From Firmicutes bacterium CAG:534 (GTDB lineage Bacteria > Pseudomonadota > Gammaproteobacteria > Enterobacterales > Succinivibrionaceae): a stretch of DNA of 64,000 bases. Under the pieces are notes generated by a model. That model searched no databases. It was not told where the DNA came from and worked only from the letters and a program-made list of their open reading frames with translations. Each line of letters opens with the position of its first letter. Position 1 is the stretch's first letter. Below are positions 58,592 through 64,000 of the stretch, one piece after another. The DNA lies in NCBI GenBank assembly GCA_963650525.1, contig CAVJLP010000002.1:3816-67815 (forward strand), in the 5' to 3' direction. The position numbers were made by a program, and so were the translations under genes.

Positions 58592-60340
58592 ATGAAAGTT
58601 GTAGCACTGGTAGGCTGCCCAAATGTCGGCAAGTCTACACTTTTTAACCGCCTTACCAAAACTCGTGATGCCTTGGTTGCAGATTTTCCAGGCTTAACCC
58701 GTGATCGTAAATACGGTCGTGCCATGTACGAAGGCCGTGAATATGTCATTATCGATACAGGTGGTATCGCTGAGGATAATACTGATCAGCCTGAGGAGTT
58801 GACCGAGCGCATGACCTCTCAGGCTCTGCAGGCAATTGATGAATGCGATCTAGTATTTTATATGGTTGATGCTAGAGCCGGTATTATGCCTGGTGACTAT
58901 CAGGTTGCTGACTATATTCGTCGTTCAGGTAAGAAGTGTGCAGTGGTCGCCAATAAGGTCGACGGTTTGGATCCTGAGACAGCAGGTGCCGAATTCTATG
59001 GCCTAGGCTTAGGTGAGGTCTATCAGACTGCGGTAGTCCATGGTCGTGGTGTTACCTCCTTGCTTGAAGATGTCCTAGCTCCGCTATTGCGTGAAGAGGG
59101 GCCACTTGAGTCTGATCTTAATATCACTGACGAGGATGAGTCCCGCTCTCCCTTTGTCAAGCCTGTATCTGAATGGGAGCAGGGCTATGAATTCTTAGAA
59201 AATGTTCCCATGGATGCTCAGGGCGGTGGCTTTGATTGGCATGAGTTTCGTGAGCAGTCCCGTGCAAGATTGCATGAGGAGGACGGGACAGATGAGGGTA
59301 ATTCTGCAGACAAGACTGAGGACAGTACCCCATTTGCCGATCTACCGGTTAAATTTGCCATTGTGGGTAAGCCTAATGTCGGCAAATCAACTCTGACCAA
59401 CAGACTGTTAGGTGAGGAGCGCGTAATCGTTGCCGATTTCCCTGGTACCACCCGTGATTCAATTTATATTCCACTAGAACGTGGGGATAAGAAATACATC
59501 GTCATTGATACAGCCGGTGTGAGAAAGCGCCGTAAGGTCAAGGAATCTATCGAGAAGTTCTCGATTGTGAAGACCTTAAAGGCCATTGAGGACTGCAATG
59601 TGGCATTGCTGGTGATCGATGCTCATTCACATATTACCGATCAGGATCTGTCGCTGCTGTCATTCATCATCGACTCAGGCCGTTCATTAGTTGTTGCAGT
59701 TAACAAATGGGATGGTCTGGATGTAGCAGTCAAAGATGAGATCAAGCTTGAGCTTAACAATCGCCTAGGATTTGTTGATTTTGCTCGAGTTCACTTTATT
59801 TCTGCTCTGCACGGTACCGGTGTGGGTAACCTGTTTGACTCCATTGATGAAGCTTATATCTCCGCTACGACTCGTCACAGCTCTTCACTCTTAAATCGCA
59901 TTTTAAGACGTGCAGTTGAGGAGCATGAGCCTCCTATCTCAGGCGGCCGTCGCATTAAGCTTAAGTATGCACATGCCGGTGGCTATAATCCTCCGCGTAT
60001 TATTATTCACGGCAATAAAACCTCCAAGATCCCAGCGGCCTATAAGCGCTATATCATTAACTGCTATCGTGATGCCCTGAAGATCATGGGCTCTCCCATC
60101 ATAGTTGAGTTCAAGGATGGTGAGAATCCCTATGCAGATCAGAAGCCTGTTCAGGTACGTCGTACTCAGTCTCAGATCCGTGCTGATCGTAAGCAGGCAG
60201 CAAACGAGCGTATGTGGGCCAGAGCAGATGCCAAGGCTCAGCGCAAGGAGGACAGAGTTATTGCTGAGGCCAAGCGTAAGGGCGAGGGCTTGGTGTTAAA
60301 GAGCCGTCCTAAGGCTAAAAAGAACACTTCCGCCAAATAG
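58592..60340 (+). CDS. der: Ribosome-biogenesis GTPase Der (EngA), extended form
   Basis: Two GTPase domains (GCPNVGKST / [13 protein letters not shown] / DTAG, NKVD / NKWD) and a KH-like domain ([12 protein letters not shown]). Long acidic inter-domain linker and a basic C-terminal tail. 582 aa versus 490 in E. coli. Confidence 0.95.
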   Translation: MKVVALVGCPNVGKSTLFNRLTKTRDALVADFPGLTRDRKYGRAMYEGREYVIIDTGGIAEDNTDQPEELTERMTSQALQAIDECDLVFYMVDARAGIMPGDYQVADYIRRSGKKCAVVANKVDGLDPETAGAEFYGLGLGEVYQTAVVHGRGVTSLLEDVLAPLLREEGPLESDLNITDEDESRSPFVKPVSEWEQGYEFLENVPMDAQGGGFDWHEFREQSRARLHEEDGTDEGNSADKTEDSTPFADLPVKFAIVGKPNVGKSTLTNRLLGEERVIVADFPGTTRDSIYIPLERGDKKYIVIDTAGVRKRRKVKESIEKFSIVKTLKAIEDCNVALLVIDAHSHITDQDLSLLSFIIDSGRSLVVAVNKWDGLDVAVKDEIKLELNNRLGFVDFARVHFISALHGTGVGNLFDSIDEAYISATTRHSSSLLNRILRRAVEEHEPPISGGRRIKLKYAHAGGYNPPRIIIHGNKTSKIPAAYKRYIINCYRDALKIMGSPIIVEFKDGENPYADQKPVQVRRTQSQIRADRKQAANERMWARADAKAQRKEDRVIAEAKRKGEGLVLKSRPKAKKNTSAK

Positions 60341-60365
60341 TCACTGTCTTCTTTAGGCTCATTAC

Positions 60366-60410
60366 TGCACCACTTTTGCTTTGTCTGCATAAAGGTGGTG
60401 CATTTTTATT
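60366..60410 (+). terminator. Rho-independent terminator of der
   Basis: tgcaccac / gtggtgca (8 bp, 21-nt loop) followed by tttttatt. Confidence 0.55.
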
Positions 60411-60460
60411 GTGCTCTCTTAAATCCTCCTACACTAAAGACATATCTTGGAGGAGTACAC

Positions 60461-61156
60461 ATGAAAGTTGTTGGAGTGATCCCTCTTTGGGATGAGCACA
60501 AAGATAGTCTGTGGATGTTGCCTGGGTACTTTAATGGTATAGAGGCAGCAGGAGCTATTCCTGTGATGCTGCCTTTAAGCTCTGATCAGAAGATCCTCAA
60601 AGAATGCCTAGGTCACGTTGATGGCATCCTTTTTACAGGCGGTCATGATGTCTCCCCTGAGCTTTACGGGGCTAAGAGGATAGCCAAATGCGGAGCTGTC
60701 TGTCAGGAGCGTGATGCCATGGAGGCTTTTTTAGTAAAGGAGTGCATTACAAGGGATAAGCCCTTTTTAGGGATCTGCCGTGGTATCCAGATCTTAAATG
60801 CCGTGCTAGGCGGAACGTTGTGGCAGGATCTTCCTTCGCAGCGTCCGTCGGGAACTGAGCATTGTATGAGTGCTCCCTATGATAGAGGAGTACATGATGT
60901 AACTCTTACGGATAAGGGCATGCTCTGGGCTATGCTTGGGGTGAAGTCATTAAAGGTTAACAGCTATCATCATCAGGCTATAAAGGATCTTAGCCCTAAG
61001 CTTAGCTGTGAGGCTGTATCTGATGATGGTCTTTGTGAGGCTGCTAGAGTTAAAAATGCCCGCTTTGCCCTTGCGGTACAATGGCATCCTGAATTTTATA
61101 ATGGGCACAATGACTACGCTAATGCCATTTTTAAGGCCTTTGTCTCGGCCTTATAG
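60461..61156 (+). CDS. Gamma-glutamyl-gamma-aminobutyrate hydrolase family protein (peptidase C26 / class I amidotransferase-like)
   Basis: GGHDVSPELYG, nucleophile motif FLGICRGIQILN, His/Glu motif VQWHPE. ATG 60461 is preceded by GGAGGAG. The ORF-track upstream extension was rejected. Confidence 0.8.
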   Translation: MKVVGVIPLWDEHKDSLWMLPGYFNGIEAAGAIPVMLPLSSDQKILKECLGHVDGILFTGGHDVSPELYGAKRIAKCGAVCQERDAMEAFLVKECITRDKPFLGICRGIQILNAVLGGTLWQDLPSQRPSGTEHCMSAPYDRGVHDVTLTDKGMLWAMLGVKSLKVNSYHHQAIKDLSPKLSCEAVSDDGLCEAARVKNARFALAVQWHPEFYNGHNDYANAIFKAFVSAL

Positions 61157-61159
61157 CTG

Positions 61160-63406
61160 TCATTCATAGCGTTTGATGAATTTTTTTAATTTGTCCTGCG
61201 GTGCTGTTTTAAAGAGCCTGTCTCGCATCTTAGTTGCTGGGGCACTTGAGCCTTCATGATCAAAGCCAAGTTTCCCTTTTAAAAACTGATGATGCTCACC
61301 CATGATGTAGTCAGGCAATAGCCTAAATAACACTTTTGCATCCTCAATAAAATAGCCAAAGCTTTTGATGACATCGAGGGCTACTTTTACGGCTTTATGT
61401 TCGTTTTCTATGTGATAGAGCGCATTTAAGGCCATGATAAACATTGATTGCATGGTTCCTTCAAGATCGCAGGCAAGACATCTTGACTGAGGATCCTCGT
61501 AGATACGCCAAAGCCTCTCTGATGCCTGCTCCATAGCTTTTACAAGCGCAGTTCTGCCCTCAAGGTTCTTATTGAATACCTCAAGAATCTGTGCACAGGC
61601 ATCATCAAATTCCAAAGATTTGCAGAGCCTTTTAGCCTCATCATGAGTGAGAGCTAAATCAATGCTCATGCAGTTATGGATGTAGGCAAGAATTTCCTGC
61701 TTGTTTATATTATTAAATGATGAGGTATCAATTTCCTCACTACGCTTTGGAATAGTGCCGGAAATTTTGGCGCCACCTGAGCAGTTATATATTTTTGTTT
61801 TTCCCTGAGTGCTGTGGATGGCCTCATTGATAACTAATTCCATGTGACGGTTTGCCAGACGGAAGATATAGTTTGCCTGAACCTCACCTCCGAAGTTGCC
61901 AGGCAGCGTGATTCCTTGTCTAGTATCATAATTACCGCCATTATCTGCAAGGCCGTGAATTGAATAGGTTGCAGAATATTTTGAGTGCATGGATGTAGCA
62001 TCCACAGGCTTGCCGTTATCAATACCGAACAGATATATATTGCAAAAGCCAAGACTTAAGGCTGCTGAGATCCCAAGATTACCCACAATGGGATTCATGA
62101 CATTGATTGTTCTGATTTTGGTACCGTTTTTAATTCTTGAAAATATCCGCCAGTAAAAGGGCTCATCAGGCTTACCGAAAATTGCAGTATGCTCGAATCT
62201 GTCTTGGGTATAGGGATGAATGACATCGCCAGCAAGCAAAGTAAGTGAATGTATAAAATTTCTGTCAGGGATTGCATCAAGGGTTTCTGCAATCTCGGGA
62301 GTTCTTTCGGTTGTAGCATAGAAATCAGGCTTGATACCTGCGTGATACAGGGTATCAAGTGCAGTGCCACAGGCAATAATAAGCGCCTTGTCTTGATTGT
62401 GGCGTAAAAAAGCAATGTCCTTATCAAGAGATGGGCCATTGCCTATGATGAAAAGAGGAAGATTGCACAAGCTTTGGGGAAGAGCCACATCTGCTCTTAG
62501 GAACTTATGATGGTGAGTTGCAGCATATAATCCATGAGAGGTGCCAAAAAGGTGATCATCAAAAAATCCCATGGCAGCATGCAGACGGTAATAATCCTGA
62601 AGCAAAGTATCAACCAGAAGACGGATTTCATCAGATGCATAGTGAATAAGGCACAGGCACTGGGCTGAGAGAAATCTGCCATGATGCTCATAGTACGAGG
62701 TAAGATCTAGTGACAGTTGCTCAGGAGTCTGTCCTAGAAGAAAGTTTATGCCAAAATCATTTGCACGCAGATATTTTAAAAATGCTCTCCAGTCAAAGGC
62801 ATGCAAGGACGCAAAGAACATGTCGAGATCAGGCTCGACAATTACAATATTTATAAGCTCAGCCCTAGAGCACAGGCTCTCTAACACATATCCAAGACCT
62901 AGGCCTACGATGATGGCATTGGGAATGGATTTTAGCTCCTCTGCACTGTAGAGCTTTTCATCTTTTGTAGCGTTGCTGACTTTGTTTACAGCCTCTGATA
63001 AATAACGAAAATGGATCTGTCCGTAGGGATCACTTTCCTTTTTATAGACGGTACCTGTAAAAATATGATCCTTTAGGGCCTTTTGAGCCTGAGCGTCACA
63101 AAGCGCTCTGGGATCATCGCATTTATAGAGTATGTCCTGATGGCGATCGGGAAATTGCAGATTGGGAATACCGTTTTCTGTGCAGAAAAAATCAAGTGTC
63201 GTCGTCGGATGATAGTGTTCAAAGGTGCAGGCTATATCCGGAATAAATTCTCTGAAGGCTTCTATATTCTGTTTAAAGCGCTCAATTAACAGATCCGACA
63301 TTGAGCTTTGCAGTCTAGAAAGCTTGCGCACGCGATCAATTTCAGCAGCGGTTAAGGGAGTTTCTTTTAAGGCAAGATGCTCGATCTCAGAGAGGCTGTA
63401 AGTCAT
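61160..63406 (-). CDS. Motility-associated factor (Maf) glycosyltransferase family protein (DUF115/MptE-like core)
   Basis: 748 aa. The central signature LFIIGNGPSLDKDIAFL....ALIIACGTAL and overall architecture are typical of Campylobacter/Helicobacter/Aeromonas Maf flagellin nonulosonic-acid transferases. Confidence 0.75.
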   Translation of the reverse strand: MTYSLSEIEHLALKETPLTAAEIDRVRKLSRLQSSMSDLLIERFKQNIEAFREFIPDIACTFEHYHPTTTLDFFCTENGIPNLQFPDRHQDILYKCDDPRALCDAQAQKALKDHIFTGTVYKKESDPYGQIHFRYLSEAVNKVSNATKDEKLYSAEELKSIPNAIIVGLGLGYVLESLCSRAELINIVIVEPDLDMFFASLHAFDWRAFLKYLRANDFGINFLLGQTPEQLSLDLTSYYEHHGRFLSAQCLCLIHYASDEIRLLVDTLLQDYYRLHAAMGFFDDHLFGTSHGLYAATHHHKFLRADVALPQSLCNLPLFIIGNGPSLDKDIAFLRHNQDKALIIACGTALDTLYHAGIKPDFYATTERTPEIAETLDAIPDRNFIHSLTLLAGDVIHPYTQDRFEHTAIFGKPDEPFYWRIFSRIKNGTKIRTINVMNPIVGNLGISAALSLGFCNIYLFGIDNGKPVDATSMHSKYSATYSIHGLADNGGNYDTRQGITLPGNFGGEVQANYIFRLANRHMELVINEAIHSTQGKTKIYNCSGGAKISGTIPKRSEEIDTSSFNNINKQEILAYIHNCMSIDLALTHDEAKRLCKSLEFDDACAQILEVFNKNLEGRTALVKAMEQASERLWRIYEDPQSRCLACDLEGTMQSMFIMALNALYHIENEHKAVKVALDVIKSFGYFIEDAKVLFRLLPDYIMGEHHQFLKGKLGFDHEGSSAPATKMRDRLFKTAPQDKLKKFIKRYE

Positions 63407-63726
63407 AGATATTTGACCAGTTTGTTCTGCATATAGGTTTTGGCTCCGATACTCTTTTTGCGCATGCTGACCATTTCCTGTTTGATCTGCATCTTGGTTT
63501 CAGAGGCCTCACTCATATTTTCGGTAAGTCTATCTAGAAGTACTTTAATTTCACTTTGGTATGGTTGTAGCTCTGCACTAGGAAAAGCTTTGAGATTGCT
63601 ACAAAGTTCAGATAGCTTTGCACTGAGATAGGCTTCATCTTGAAAGCTATGATCGCTGTGCAGGCGTTGCAGTCTGTCAAGCATAGTCATCCCCTCTGCA
63701 ATTAGATCTTTTATCTCAGTACTCAT
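63403..63726 (-). CDS. Hypothetical helical/coiled-coil protein translationally coupled to maf
   Basis: About 107 aa from ATG 63726 (GGAG 7 nt upstream; the ORF track starts at TTG 63750). Its stop overlaps the maf start (ATGA). No recognisable family. Confidence 0.5.
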   Translation of the reverse strand: MSTEIKDLIAEGMTMLDRLQRLHSDHSFQDEAYLSAKLSELCSNLKAFPSAELQPYQSEIKVLLDRLTENMSEASETKMQIKQEMVSMRKKSIGAKTYMQNKLVKYL

Positions 63727-63746
63727 CAGCATGCTCCAAGCAGTGT

Positions 63747-64000
63747 TCAAAATATCCTATGTCCTATAAATAGTCCGAAAAGTGCAAGGAGCATACTTCC
63801 CAAAAGATGGCAGAGAGTGTGGACAATTGCTTTAAGGGGAGCATCAGACAGGAGAAGATTTACAGATTCTAGGGAAAAGGTTGAAAAGGTAGTGAGACTT
63901 CCAAGAAAGCCTGTTATAAGAAAAAGCCTTAGGGTAGCGCTTTGATGGAATCTGCCTGCCAAATATGCCGTAATGAGCCCTATTAAAAAGGCGCCCAGAA
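63747..64000 (-). CDS. crcB: Fluoride ion channel CrcB (5' end outside the window)
   Basis: The frame stays open to the window edge (..LGAFLIGLITAYLAGRF..). Contains the CrcB signature ITGFLGSLTTFSTFSLE. Confidence 0.85.
   Translation of the reverse strand, partial: LGAFLIGLITAYLAGRFHQSATLRLFLITGFLGSLTTFSTFSLESVNLLLSDAPLKAIVHTLCHLLGSMLLALFGLFIGHRIF

Overview
This is a 64-kb chromosomal segment from a moderately AT-rich gammaproteobacterium. The taxon is inferred only from gene content and gene order. The order repeatedly mirrors E. coli blocks: crr-ptsI..cysZ / zipA-ligA; mltD..rnhA / dnaQ-gmhA; purM / DUF2066-hda / bepA / perM; queA-tgt-yajC-secD-secF; iscS..pepB; rlmN-rodZ-ispG-hisS-yfgM-bamB-der. 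I support about 58 protein-coding genes, one tRNA-Trp with its promoter, one complete IS4-superfamily insertion sequence, and a set of rho-independent terminators. I saw no rRNA, CRISPR array or prophage. The strongest candidate for something undescribed is a fossil PTS module next to cysZ. Its EIIA-Glc homologue has both catalytic histidines replaced. Its Enzyme I homologue has lost the Cys, Asn/Asp and Arg residues of the PEP/Mg site. ptsH and cysK are missing, yet both ORFs are intact. Other points worth a second look:
- A stand-alone CobT/NorD-like vWA + HExxH protein with its own consensus promoter and no AAA+ partner.
- An IS insertion that splits a GNAT gene, with a readable 6-bp target duplication.
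- A possible highly divergent HolD near rimI.
- A SmtB-type alpha5 metal sensor fused operonically to a lone cysteine desulfurase at a collapsed isc locus.
- A 0.5-kb AT-rich rnhA/dnaQ spacer with a 17-bp perfect inverted repeat.
- A crcB-orf-maf operon.
- Low-complexity extensions on several housekeeping proteins (BamB, Der, RodZ, YajC, DnaQ).
All homology statements are by-eye comparisons with sequences and motifs I remember. No search was run.
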